NCBI GenBank assembly: GCA_024276795.1
Contig: JAJRWK010000103.1
Location: 1,110 to 65,109 of the forward strand
Source: an archaeon
GTDB lineage: Archaea; Asgardarchaeota; Heimdallarchaeia; Heimdallarchaeales; JAJRWK01
DNA length: 64,000 bases
Reading direction: 5' to 3'
The translations under genes and the position numbers were made by a program. The notes beneath the pieces are model-generated. The model did no database searches. It saw only the letters and a list, made by a program, of their open reading frames with translations, and was not told the DNA's origin. Of this stretch, positions 37,124 through 46,927 are shown one piece after another (position 1 is the stretch's first letter; each line of letters starts with the position of its first letter).

Positions 37124-38866
37124 CTATGTTTTTTGGAGAGGAGGAAGATCATAATGGCTACTGAATAGTCTTCGATAATACATATTTTGACGAATCAATT
37201 CCTCGTGAGATCCGATTCCCACAATCTTTCCTTTCTCAAGAATAATGATTTTGTCCGATTGGGCAATAATTGCTAAGCGATGAGTTGTTATGACTGTTGT
37301 CCTCGTTTTTAAGATTGTAGAGATCGCTTTTTGAATCTCTAACTCAGTTTTTGCATCCAGCGCACTTGCGCCGTCATCCATGATGAGAATGGCAGGGTCG
37401 ATAAGTAAAGCCCTAGCAATAGCTATTCTTTGAGCTTGTCCTCCGGAAAGCTTAACACCGTTTTCACCAACAAGAGTGTCGTATCCATCCGGAAAAGAAA
37501 TGATAAATTCGTGTGCTTGGGCTAACTTCGCAACTTCAATTACTTCTTCTAGGGAAGCTCTGGGTTTTCCGAACCGAATATTTTCCAGAATTGAATCATT
37601 GAACAAAAACACGTCTTGCTCTACGGTAGCAATTCTAGCCCTCAAGGACTCATTAGAATATTTGTCGATAGGCTGACCAGAGAGGATAATAACCCCAGAT
37701 TCTGGTAAGTACAGCCGTTGAATAAGCTTAGCAATGGTGGATTTGCCAGATCCAGGCCCCCCGACAATTGCAATTGTTTCATTGTCATTAACCATGAAAG
37801 AAACATGATCCAAGGCAGAATGAAGATCAGAACGATAACGAAAAACAACGTCTCGAAATTCGATTGAAGCTGTTTCTCCTGTGAATTCAACAAAACCATT
37901 TGGTATCATGACGAGTTCGGCTTTGGAGAGAAAGCGATAAACACGATTGGTTGCAGCCATTGCCATAACTAAAGCAAAAGCGATCCAATCTTGATCTTCA
38001 GAAAGCGCACTGACCAATCTGAGAGAACCGAGGAGGAGAACGACTGTTCCGATCTGAATCATGCCAAGAGCGGCAAAAACAAGGCTCCCTCCAACAACTA
38101 TAGAGGTATAGGCAAGAACTACGATTGAAGGATAGAACCAAGCCCCAGACTTTCCTTCTTGCTCCTTGACAATTGCATGAACCTCTGCAAGACTTTCGAA
38201 CTTTTTCCTAACTGTTGCTTCTGCGACAAATGCTTTGATCTCTCGAATCCCTGAGAGAGAAGACTGAGTGACATTGGATAACTCGGAAAAAACTTCAAGA
38301 ACACGAGTACTTAATGGGACTAAAGAAACACCGTATCTGACAGAACTAGTCACAAACAGAGAAAAAATTATGATCAATGAAAGAACCAATGCCCAATGAA
38401 CAGAAAGGAGAACATAGGCAGTAACACTCCAAACCGATAACGTAGAGATAAGATCAGTAAAACCAGGGGAAAGCCCGATATTTATCGCCCGGGTATCATT
38501 TGTTGCACGGGCCATAATCTCACCAATATCGATTTGGTCATGAAACGCCAAACTTCGGTTTTGTAAAGTAGCGTACAAGTCATACGTGATATCGGTTGTG
38601 ATTCTATGAGCCAATACTTCATTTAGAAACTTCGTCATGAAAAAAACAAGTGCCTGAAGGAAAGCAACAGGAATGAGAAAATATAACTTGCCTTTAACAG
38701 AAGGCCAGCCACCACCATCAAATAATATCTGAACAATGTCTGCAGAAAGAAATAGAGGAACCATATACAAAATAGGCTCAATAAGTGCTAATAAGGCTAC
38801 CAGAAAAAACCAGTTTTTGTATCGAGACATATGGCCAAAAAACCATGCAAAAGGCCCCATGACCAT
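37124..38866 (-). CDS. ABC exporter, fused permease/ATPase (partner half-transporter)
   Basis: Walker A (GGPGSGKST), signature LSGGQAQR and Walker B (LIMDDGASALD) are present. It is in tandem with 35283..37103, which suggests a heterodimer. Confidence 0.9.
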   Translation of the reverse strand: MVMGPFAWFFGHMSRYKNWFFLVALLALIEPILYMVPLFLSADIVQILFDGGGWPSVKGKLYFLIPVAFLQALVFFMTKFLNEVLAHRITTDITYDLYATLQNRSLAFHDQIDIGEIMARATNDTRAINIGLSPGFTDLISTLSVWSVTAYVLLSVHWALVLSLIIIFSLFVTSSVRYGVSLVPLSTRVLEVFSELSNVTQSSLSGIREIKAFVAEATVRKKFESLAEVHAIVKEQEGKSGAWFYPSIVVLAYTSIVVGGSLVFAALGMIQIGTVVLLLGSLRLVSALSEDQDWIAFALVMAMAATNRVYRFLSKAELVMIPNGFVEFTGETASIEFRDVVFRYRSDLHSALDHVSFMVNDNETIAIVGGPGSGKSTIAKLIQRLYLPESGVIILSGQPIDKYSNESLRARIATVEQDVFLFNDSILENIRFGKPRASLEEVIEVAKLAQAHEFIISFPDGYDTLVGENGVKLSGGQAQRIAIARALLIDPAILIMDDGASALDAKTELEIQKAISTILKTRTTVITTHRLAIIAQSDKIIILEKGKIVGIGSHEELIRQNMYYRRLFSSHYDLPPLQKT

Positions 38867-39029
38867 GCCTCATTTCAAGAATAAATAAAACATGTTGACA
38901 AAAAACAAGGATAATACCTCAAGAACAACAACTTGACTGAAAATAACCACTACTTCAAGTACCCCAAACATGATACCACTTTGTAGATGGATCAAAAAAA
39001 CCGAAAAATAGGTTCAAGAGCTGAGAACA

Positions 39030-39815
39030 GTGATTTACGGATTACTACTTGACCCAAAGACGGGAATCGCAGGAGACATGCTAATAGGATCCTTGGCTTG
39101 GATGCTTAAGGAAAAAAAGGGGAAAAAAGAACTTAGCAACCTCACTAATAAGTTCAACGACGCTGCAAAATCTCTGGGATTCCAAATCCAGCTTAGCGAT
39201 AAAAAAGACGGATATTTGGTTTCAACCACGAGTAGCCGAGAACAAATGTCTTTTGAAACACTGAAGAATATTCTTCAAGAATTAAGCACTACGCTTGAGA
39301 TAAACAGCGCTTACCGAGACCTCGCTTATCAAGCCATCAATAACTTGTTTAGAGCAGAAAAATACTCGCACAGGCATATGTTTAGGACAGAGTATGAAGA
39401 AGGACCAGAACAACATATGCACCTACATGAGGCTCACGATGCGATTATTGATGTTCTCTTTACAGCCATACTATTAGAAAAACTCAGAGTGGATCTTCAA
39501 AGAGTTTTTGTATTAAAACCAATCCCATTAGGTAAAGGAATGATCAAATTTTCTCACGGAACGTTGAAAGTTCCAGTTCCGGCGGTACAATACTTGCTGA
39601 AGGGAATCGAAGATATGTTTAAACAAGGAAACTTTCGCACAGAACTCACCACTCCTACGGGACTTGCAATTCTATTAGCCCTATCACCGACACCGCTGAA
39701 ACGAAGCCAACAAAGGAGAATAGGGAAGAAAATCCTCAAAGGAAAAGGATACGGACACAAGAAACTCAAGGTTGAAAACGCGTTAATAGCACATTTAGTC
39801 AAAAGCAAAGACTAA
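39030..39815 (+). CDS. LarC/DUF111-family nickel-insertion protein, N-terminal (LarC1-like) part only
   Basis: The N-terminal LLLDPKTGIAGDMLIGSL matches the DUF111 start (D...GISGDM.LGAL). HLHEAHDAIIDVL and HGTLKVPVPAV motifs are also present. At 261 aa it is short of the roughly 400 aa of full LarC. GTG start. Confidence 0.65.
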   Translation: MIYGLLLDPKTGIAGDMLIGSLAWMLKEKKGKKELSNLTNKFNDAAKSLGFQIQLSDKKDGYLVSTTSSREQMSFETLKNILQELSTTLEINSAYRDLAYQAINNLFRAEKYSHRHMFRTEYEEGPEQHMHLHEAHDAIIDVLFTAILLEKLRVDLQRVFVLKPIPLGKGMIKFSHGTLKVPVPAVQYLLKGIEDMFKQGNFRTELTTPTGLAILLALSPTPLKRSQQRRIGKKILKGKGYGHKKLKVENALIAHLVKSKD

Positions 39816-39959
39816 CCAATCAGAGACAAGACAAATACGCAAGGAAAAAACAGTTTGAGCAGAAAAAATCCAAATGAGAACAGATCTTATCGACACAAAC
39901 GATAATTTTTTCTTCCAAACATAAACAATAAGAAACGGGCTTACCACTTACTGAATAAC

Positions 39960-40065
39960 GGCGCGGTCGCCTAGCCCGGTAGGGCGAAGGCCTGGAGTGG
40001 AATAAAATCCCAGCAAGCCTTTGGGGTCCTTCCCCGCGGGGGTTCAAGTCCCCCCCGCGCCACCA
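39960..40065 (+). tRNA. tRNA-Ser(GGA) with an 18-nt intron at 37/38, long variable arm, 3' CCA encoded
   Basis: The sequence reads GGCGCGG/TC/GCC-TAGCCCGGTAG-GGC/G/AAGGC-CTGGAG[TGGAATAAAATCCCAGCA]A-GCCTT/TGGGGTCCTTCCCCGC/GGGGG-TTCAAGT-CCCCC/CCGCGCC/A/CCA. Confidence 0.85.
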
Positions 40066-40237
40066 ACATTTTTCCAAAAAATCCAATTCATGTCGTTATG
40101 AACCACTACCGAGAGTATTTTTCCTAGAAGTTGCTACGAATCCATCAAGTGATTAACGCGCAATTCTATCCACTATTATCTATTCCAAACAAGCTTTCTT
40201 GCGAAAAAGGATAAAAATCCGAACAAACATTATGTAA

Positions 40238-40651
40238 TTGTTTGAGATGACAAACAAAGAATTCCCGACGAAAATCCTCCTAATAGAGGACGCAGAGCCA
40301 GACATCATTCTCTTCAGACGAGCAATTCGATCCCTTGGCTATCCAGCAGACATCAAAGAAGTAAGAGACGGGATGCAAGCACTCCAAGAATTAAGAAACA
40401 ATAGTAACTATGATTTGGTAGTGCTCGACATTAATCTCCCCAGACTAAGTGGATTTGACGTAATTCAAGAACTGAAAAGCGAGGGAAAAACAATACCAAA
40501 CACAGTAGTTCTCACATCCTCAGACCTAGAAGAAGACAGAATGACAGCCGAAAAACTTGGATTAAAGAGATACTATCAAAAACCAATGTCTTTTAGCAAA
40601 TTCAAGGATCTTGTTAAAGAAATGATCCAAAATTGGCAAGCTAAAAACTAG
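40238..40651 (+). CDS. stand-alone response-regulator receiver (CheY-like); likely ATG 40247
   Basis: ILLIEDAEPD, DLVVLDINLPRLSGF and the conserved T and K positions are present. No output domain or adjacent kinase was seen. Confidence 0.85.
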   Translation: MFEMTNKEFPTKILLIEDAEPDIILFRRAIRSLGYPADIKEVRDGMQALQELRNNSNYDLVVLDINLPRLSGFDVIQELKSEGKTIPNTVVLTSSDLEEDRMTAEKLGLKRYYQKPMSFSKFKDLVKEMIQNWQAKN

Positions 40652-40663
40652 AAAAGAAATTTT

Positions 40664-42532
40664 TCAAAGAGCAACAACGAAAAAATCCGCAATTCTACGG
40701 TATAAAATACGCTGATTTTTCGGCTTTAAGATGCCATGACCCTCGTCCTCAAACTCAAGCTTTTCAAAAGGGATTCCATGCTTTTCCAAACGTTCTTCAA
40801 CAACCCGTAAATTTTGAGGGGTTACGTTCGGATCTTGCAATCCTTGAACAATTAACAGTTTCCCCTTTATATTTTCCAAGAAGTTGATGGGAGAGCGTTC
40901 AAAATATTTCTCTGGAATCTCATAAGGGCTACCCCCCAGCATCTCTTCAGAATAGACACGAAGATCAGGACGCGGAGTTTCGTAGTCCACCACTAAATCA
41001 GTCATGCCACAAACCGGAACGGCAGCAGCGACAATTTCAGGTGGAAAGTGCGTAATAGCCCACCAGCTTGAATAGCCCCCATAGCTTACACCCGTAATGC
41101 CTACTCGATTTTCTTGGGCTACTCCGTTAGCAATCAAAGATTCAATGCCCATCCGGATATCCTCTTGTTCCTTACCACCCCAGCCATCTTCTTTGATGAG
41201 CTCGCGAAAACGATTCCCATAACCCGTGGAACCCCTGTAATTAGGGTCAAAAACAACAAATCCCCTTGAGCAAAGATACTGAATAAGTGGGTTTAGTTTG
41301 TCCGCAGAGTGGGAAGTGGGCCCTCCATGAATATACACAATAGTTTTCCCATTTCGAGTTCGGGGCAAGTATAGCCAGCCATATATCTCAAGACCCTCAA
41401 CAGAACGCCAAGAATAACTCTTAGCCGGGGTCAGATCATCTTTTTTGATCGAAGTAAATGATAATACACGAGTAATATTTGTGAATTGAGAAGGGCTGAG
41501 TGTTTCATCTAAAGGAAAAATGACTAAATCCACAGGATTAGTGGAAGAATAATATAGACCAGCCCAAGACTCATCTCCAACTGGTGAAATAGGCAACAAG
41601 TTGCCTTGTGAAACATCGAGCCGAATAAATTTTCTGGTGTTAAGATCATAAATATGAGGAATAAGTCTTGCTTGGAAAACCTCAAGAAAAACAACAAAAG
41701 GAGAACACGGCACAGAGCGAATTTGTTCAAAGTATACACTTTCATTCCGAGCATCTTTCAGAATCTCTATGTCTTCACTTATAGGATCATATAAGCCAAG
41801 AGATCCCCCATCTTGTAGTTTCCCACCAATTGTGTCTGTAACAAAAGCTACGCGATTGTCTTGAGTCCACATAGCACTAATTTTTGCAGTAGTACCTAAA
41901 TTCAGAATTTCTCGATCCTCAGATCCATCAGTGTTAACTAACCAGTATTGAACACCAGAGGGATGTAAGTCATTACGATGATAGAGAACAAACTTGCCAT
42001 TAGGGCTTACTACTGGTTCAATCCAGGAAGGACGCTCAGTCTTTGCCAAAACAACTCGATTATTGGAAAAAAGATCATGAAGAACGATAGAAATGGTTTT
42101 GGTTTCCTTTTGTCTTTCAAAGTCAAAATTAGCGGAATATACAATGTACTGACTATCTGGACCAAATGACCCACCCCTCAAAAAAAAAGGGGGATCAGAA
42201 TCTGTCAACTGAACCATTTTGAGAGGATCATCGACAAACACTTGGTACAAGACATTTCGTTCATTTCTAGAGCGATCCTCACTGACCAGAACAGAAGAGG
42301 AATCAGGAGACCAATCAACGCTGAAAGTTGCTTCAGGAGTGTCAGTAAGAGCAAGAAATTCAGAATTACCGTTGGGAGAAGTCAAGAAGACATCGACATT
42401 TTCATGAATACCTTGAACATCCAGTGCAACATACTTGTGATTAGGGCTCGCTAGAGCCCAATAAATAGTGGGTAGTTGCATTAACTCATTCAAATCTAAT
42501 CGATGCATACGCACAAAACGAGACTTCAACAT
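40664..42532 (-). CDS. S9-family serine peptidase (prolyl oligopeptidase / acylaminoacyl-peptidase type)
   Basis: An N-terminal beta-propeller region is followed by the nucleophile motif GVSYGGY and a C-terminal D..V and H triad context (QGLQDPNV, EDEGHG). Confidence 0.85.
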   Translation of the reverse strand: MLKSRFVRMHRLDLNELMQLPTIYWALASPNHKYVALDVQGIHENVDVFLTSPNGNSEFLALTDTPEATFSVDWSPDSSSVLVSEDRSRNERNVLYQVFVDDPLKMVQLTDSDPPFFLRGGSFGPDSQYIVYSANFDFERQKETKTISIVLHDLFSNNRVVLAKTERPSWIEPVVSPNGKFVLYHRNDLHPSGVQYWLVNTDGSEDREILNLGTTAKISAMWTQDNRVAFVTDTIGGKLQDGGSLGLYDPISEDIEILKDARNESVYFEQIRSVPCSPFVVFLEVFQARLIPHIYDLNTRKFIRLDVSQGNLLPISPVGDESWAGLYYSSTNPVDLVIFPLDETLSPSQFTNITRVLSFTSIKKDDLTPAKSYSWRSVEGLEIYGWLYLPRTRNGKTIVYIHGGPTSHSADKLNPLIQYLCSRGFVVFDPNYRGSTGYGNRFRELIKEDGWGGKEQEDIRMGIESLIANGVAQENRVGITGVSYGGYSSWWAITHFPPEIVAAAVPVCGMTDLVVDYETPRPDLRVYSEEMLGGSPYEIPEKYFERSPINFLENIKGKLLIVQGLQDPNVTPQNLRVVEERLEKHGIPFEKLEFEDEGHGILKPKNQRILYRRIADFFVVAL

Positions 42533-42570
42533 AAATTCTTTTTCCGTTAAGAAAAAGATGATTAGACGAC

Positions 42571-43848
42571 TTGGAGACTTATGGGAAAAAATTCAAAGTA
42601 ATAAGAAAAGCACCGCAATATCCAAGAAGAAGACAGCAAAAAGAAAATTGTATGTTAATTGGTCTAGTAGGCAAACCCTCCTCGGGAAAGTCAACACTGC
42701 TCAATGCCATGTGTCTCAGTGATGCAAAAGTAGGAGCCTATCCATTTACAACAATTGAACCGAATAAAGGTGTCGGTTATGTTGTCATAGACTGTGTTTG
42801 CAAAGAGCTAGAGATTCAATGCCAGCCCCGACATGGTTGGTGTAACAATGGAAGAAGATTCGTACCCATAAAGTTACTAGATGTTGCAGGACTGGTTCCT
42901 GGTGCTCACGAAGGAAGAGGAATGGGTAACAAATTCTTAGATGACCTAAGACAAGCAGATGCGTTAATCCACGTTGTCGACATGTCAGGAAGCCTCGATG
43001 CAGAAGGAAACACAATAGATAAAGGAAGCTGGGATCCAGAAAAAGACATCGTCTTCTTAGAAGAAGAACTAGATTACTGGGTTTTAGGAATCATTGAAAG
43101 AGATTGGGAGAAACTGGCAAGAAGAGTGGAGTCAGAAAGACTCGCTCTAGCAGAAGTTCTCACAGATAAGCTAAGTGGATTGGGAATAAGCATAGGAGCG
43201 CTCAAATCTGCGATTCGGCAATCAGAATTAGATGCCACAAGACCAGCAAAATGGAGCCAAGAAGAGTTATTGAAACTTGCATCTGCAATCCGGAAAATCG
43301 CATTTCCAACAGTAATAGCTGGAAACAAAATCGACCGAGAAGGCTCAAAAGAGAATTATGAAAGGCTGAAACAAAAAAACATGGATATTATTCCTTGCTC
43401 CGGCTTAGCAGAATACTATCTTCGAAAACTTGATGAAAAACAAATAATTCGATATATTCCAGGGGATGCTAGCTTTGAAGTACTTCAAGAAGAAAAACTC
43501 TCATCAAAAGAGAAAGAAACCTTAAGCCAGATTAATGAAAAAATCCTAAAGCCATATGGAAGCACGGGAGTCCAAAGAGTCCTTCAATTTGCGGTGTTTG
43601 ATCTCCTCAACCTTATACCGGCTTATCCAGTAGAGGACGCAACCCACTTTGCTGACAAAGACGGAAGAGTACTGCCTGACGTTTTTCTGGTTCCTAAAGG
43701 AACAACACCACGACAACTTGCAGCAAAAGTTCACACAGATCTAGCCAAAACGTTCATTCATGCAATCTTAGTGCCGAGTGGAAGAAGAGTAGGAGAAGAC
43801 TATGAAATACAACCAAAAGACATCATACGAATAATTCATGCAAGCTAA
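42571..43848 (+). CDS. Obg-family GTPase/ATPase (YchF/DRG-like) with C-terminal TGS domain; likely ATG 42652
   Basis: The motifs are G1 GLVGKPSSGKSTLLNA, G2 YPFTTIEPN, G3 DVAGLV and G4 AGNKID. The TGS-like C-terminus reads ...KDIIRIIH. Confidence 0.8.
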   Translation: METYGKKFKVIRKAPQYPRRRQQKENCMLIGLVGKPSSGKSTLLNAMCLSDAKVGAYPFTTIEPNKGVGYVVIDCVCKELEIQCQPRHGWCNNGRRFVPIKLLDVAGLVPGAHEGRGMGNKFLDDLRQADALIHVVDMSGSLDAEGNTIDKGSWDPEKDIVFLEEELDYWVLGIIERDWEKLARRVESERLALAEVLTDKLSGLGISIGALKSAIRQSELDATRPAKWSQEELLKLASAIRKIAFPTVIAGNKIDREGSKENYERLKQKNMDIIPCSGLAEYYLRKLDEKQIIRYIPGDASFEVLQEEKLSSKEKETLSQINEKILKPYGSTGVQRVLQFAVFDLLNLIPAYPVEDATHFADKDGRVLPDVFLVPKGTTPRQLAAKVHTDLAKTFIHAILVPSGRRVGEDYEIQPKDIIRIIHAS

Positions 43849-44453
43849 TGAGAGTGAGCGGTAATGAAAAAGGAACATCAAAAAAAGCAACAGTTCCAAA
43901 ATCACTCCAAGACTGGGTATATCTAGAAAAAAAAGAAGGAACCATTACTAAATATCGCTTTTTCCCTTACAGACCAGCGATAGTTACCTTGATGGGGTAT
44001 GTTTTCACCGGAATGCTTCCAGCAATTTTCGCCATCATAATCCTTGTAATGTCAGGATTGTACGGATTTTCGGAAACTAGTTCACCTTGGTTAGGAACCG
44101 TTTTTCTCGTCGTGTCTCTGTTCCTAGCATTCCTACTCCATAAATACGTGGTAGTTCCAGCAAAGCCAGCGTTAAAGCCATACGTATACATAGAAATACA
44201 TCCAGATGAAATTATCGTGAAGCAAATTTTTCCAGATGTAGCAAGAAAATCCACAATACGCATCCCTAAAGAAAAAATTAGAGACATCGTTCTCAAAGAA
44301 GAAAAGAGCATTGGGTATCGAGTAGGAATAAAGGTTGACCCCCAAGTATTTGCACGAGCCAATAACACAGTGTACCTAGGATCATACGGAACAAAGCAAA
44401 ATGGAAGAGAAATGCAAAAATTCCTACAATCACTAATTGGCTTCAAGAAATGA
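43848..44453 (+). CDS. membrane protein, unknown function
   Basis: Its start overlaps the stop of the upstream GTPase (TAATG). It has two TM helices followed by a soluble C-terminal domain. Confidence 0.4.
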   Translation: MRVSGNEKGTSKKATVPKSLQDWVYLEKKEGTITKYRFFPYRPAIVTLMGYVFTGMLPAIFAIIILVMSGLYGFSETSSPWLGTVFLVVSLFLAFLLHKYVVVPAKPALKPYVYIEIHPDEIIVKQIFPDVARKSTIRIPKEKIRDIVLKEEKSIGYRVGIKVDPQVFARANNTVYLGSYGTKQNGREMQKFLQSLIGFKK

Positions 44454-44454
44454 T

Positions 44455-45228
44455 TTACTGACCAGAAAGTAATGCTTTCAGAATCTTAATTGCGTTCTTC
44501 ATGTGTGAAGAATCGAACATTACTACATTATCGTTGGGAGTGTCAAGGAGGGATTCAATCCATTGTTCCGCCTTGGTAATGTCGTTTTCCCCGAGAAGAG
44601 TCTCGGAAATAGTAAGAACAATTGTTCCAGGAACAGAAACTTGCGAAAGTATACTCACGGGCTCTCGATCAAGGAGTGTTGTCGCATCGATAATAACATC
44701 ATTTGCCCATCCATTATACTCACTCAAAACAGAAGGGTCTTGAATAGTCTGCAAAGTAATCTTATTCACAGAGAGATCAAAAACAGAGCTCAAATAGGAC
44801 ACTTTAAACTCAGCAGAAGGATGCTGATTCATATCGATGAGTAGTTGGCTACCCAGAAGCTGAAACAGCCTAATCCAGAGAGGTCTTTGAGTCAAAACCA
44901 AGATATTCTGATTTTTTCCTTGCTCGGCTTTCTCCCAAAGCTCAGCTGTGAGCTCGGCAATAATACGTTGAGAAGCAGTTTCCACTAACTTCACGGTGTC
45001 TGTTTTTCTAACATCACCGTTGCGATCTACTTCAAGAACAAGAATATGATCATTGTGAATGACGCTAAAAGAATGCAGACCAGACCCGCCAGGAGTCTGA
45101 GGAAGAGGGATCCCTCCGTCAGCCGTTGCGGCCTCATCTGTATCTTCAGGCAAAAAATCATATGAGAAAGTTGATTTGCACAGAGGACAGTAAGCCTTTA
45201 TCTCCACAAAAAACGCAAAGAAAAACAA
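44455..45228 (-). CDS. hypothetical protein with N-terminal CPLC motif; probable GTG start at 45207
   Basis: A TTTATA box (minus strand, plus coordinates 45233..45238) lies about 28 nt upstream of the GTG at 45207, giving MEIKAYCPLCKSTF... No family recognised. Confidence 0.45.
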   Translation of the reverse strand: MFFFAFFVEIKAYCPLCKSTFSYDFLPEDTDEAATADGGIPLPQTPGGSGLHSFSVIHNDHILVLEVDRNGDVRKTDTVKLVETASQRIIAELTAELWEKAEQGKNQNILVLTQRPLWIRLFQLLGSQLLIDMNQHPSAEFKVSYLSSVFDLSVNKITLQTIQDPSVLSEYNGWANDVIIDATTLLDREPVSILSQVSVPGTIVLTISETLLGENDITKAEQWIESLLDTPNDNVVMFDSSHMKNAIKILKALLSGQ

Positions 45229-45252
45229 ATGTATAAATCTTAGTAATGACGC

Positions 45253-46797
45253 CTACGATGATTGGAGCGTTTGAAAGGTTTTTGCCATAATTTCAGACAA
45301 AAGACGAGACGATTCTTGATCAACTTCAGAAACATTTTTGGAGCATTGTGAAATGAACTGCTCGTCCGTTAGTGATTCAAGATTGATTCGAACGTTCATA
45401 AGAGCACTCTGGATAGCCGCTGAAAGCATTTGAGCACCACTAGCGCAGTCAGAAACAGCATCCTTATAACCGATCTCAACCAAAACAGCAATTTCTTTGA
45501 GAACCTTGAGCGCAACTAATGCCGTTTCAAGAGGAACTTCCGTAGCCCTTCTGAACGCCTTTTGTATCATTTCTTTACGATATGCCTGTTCTTCAGGAGT
45601 CGATTTTGGTAAACGAAATGCAGACAGTACTTCACTGAATGCTTGTGAATCCTCATCAATAAGTTGCATCAATTTTTCCCTTGATTGCTCACACACACTC
45701 AAAATCTCGCTTGCTTGGTTATGTGCGGAGGAAAGGTCTTCCTTCTTCAGGGTCAGACGAGCAACCATTGCACCCAAAGCAGCACCTATTGCTCCAGAAA
45801 GAGCGGCTGACGATCCCCCTCCCGGAACAGCAGAGTCACTACTTAATTCGTCAAGAAAACCAGCAATGGTCTTGTCAATTAGCAGAGATTGGGAATCTAG
45901 AACACTTTGGAGTCTTCGCTCTAGGATTTGATCCCGTGAAAAATTATTCAATTGGAGATAAAACTCAATCGCGTCAAATAAGGCGTCTTGAGGAACAAGG
46001 CCAACAATTTCTCCTTCAACTGTTGAAACACCGTATTTTGACGCCTCTGCCTTGATTAATTCAAAAACACGGTGGAGAGGAGTTCCTTCGTAATTCACCA
46101 TGTTCATAGAAACTTGCACAAGGCCACGCTCCTTGATTTCAAAACCCATGGCCTTAACATATCTCAATCCTCCGCCACTATGACGGACATTGCGAGCAAT
46201 CTGCTTGGCAATACTGACATTATCTGTGCTCAGATAGACATTATATGCTATAAGAGGAGCGCGAGCGCCCACGACAGTAGCACCGGCCGTAGGATGCAAC
46301 TGGTTAGGTCCAAAATCAGGTTGGCGATCAGGATTGGTTTTAACTTCTTCCCTGAGCCCTTCGAATTGACCTCTACGTATGTTTGCCAAGTTTCTGCGAT
46401 CTTCACGAGTTGCAGCTTCTTCATAAAGATATGTTGGAATTCCTAATTCGTCAGAAATACGCTTAGCTAGTTTCTTTGCCAAGTCAATACAGTCTTCCAT
46501 TGAGACTTCAGAAATTGGGACAAAAGGAACAACATCTGTGGCACCAATGCGGGGATGTTCACCTTCATGCTTGGTTAGGTCAATCAATTCCGCCGCTTTC
46601 TTGACTCCTCGAAAAACACCTTCAGCAACATTTTCGGGACTTCCCACAATAGTAATAACACTGCGGTTATGATCGCGATCCGATTCCTTATCAAGCAAAT
46701 AAACTCCGCGTACACTCAAGATTGCATCAACAATTTCCTGAATTACTTCGTCTCTGCGACCTTCGCTAAAATTAGGAATGCACTCAACTAGCCTCAT
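45253..46797 (-). CDS. bifunctional glutamate formimidoyltransferase / formimidoyltetrahydrofolate cyclodeaminase (FTCD-like fusion)
   Basis: The N-terminal LVECIPNFSEGRR is the formiminotransferase signature. The C-terminal domain has GGGSSAALSGAIGAALGAMVARLT, the cyclodeaminase signature. Confidence 0.88.
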   Translation of the reverse strand: MRLVECIPNFSEGRRDEVIQEIVDAILSVRGVYLLDKESDRDHNRSVITIVGSPENVAEGVFRGVKKAAELIDLTKHEGEHPRIGATDVVPFVPISEVSMEDCIDLAKKLAKRISDELGIPTYLYEEAATREDRRNLANIRRGQFEGLREEVKTNPDRQPDFGPNQLHPTAGATVVGARAPLIAYNVYLSTDNVSIAKQIARNVRHSGGGLRYVKAMGFEIKERGLVQVSMNMVNYEGTPLHRVFELIKAEASKYGVSTVEGEIVGLVPQDALFDAIEFYLQLNNFSRDQILERRLQSVLDSQSLLIDKTIAGFLDELSSDSAVPGGGSSAALSGAIGAALGAMVARLTLKKEDLSSAHNQASEILSVCEQSREKLMQLIDEDSQAFSEVLSAFRLPKSTPEEQAYRKEMIQKAFRRATEVPLETALVALKVLKEIAVLVEIGYKDAVSDCASGAQMLSAAIQSALMNVRINLESLTDEQFISQCSKNVSEVDQESSRLLSEIMAKTFQTLQSS

Positions 46798-46927
46798 TTA
46801 ATTCACCCTTTCAGAGAGACCTAGGAAAACACCCTCATTTCTTTTTGCCTCAAAACGGACAAAAGCATATCAGAAGAAAATAAATCGCGTAAGAAAATTG
46901 GAAAAGGGAAACAAACCAAACGAAAAG

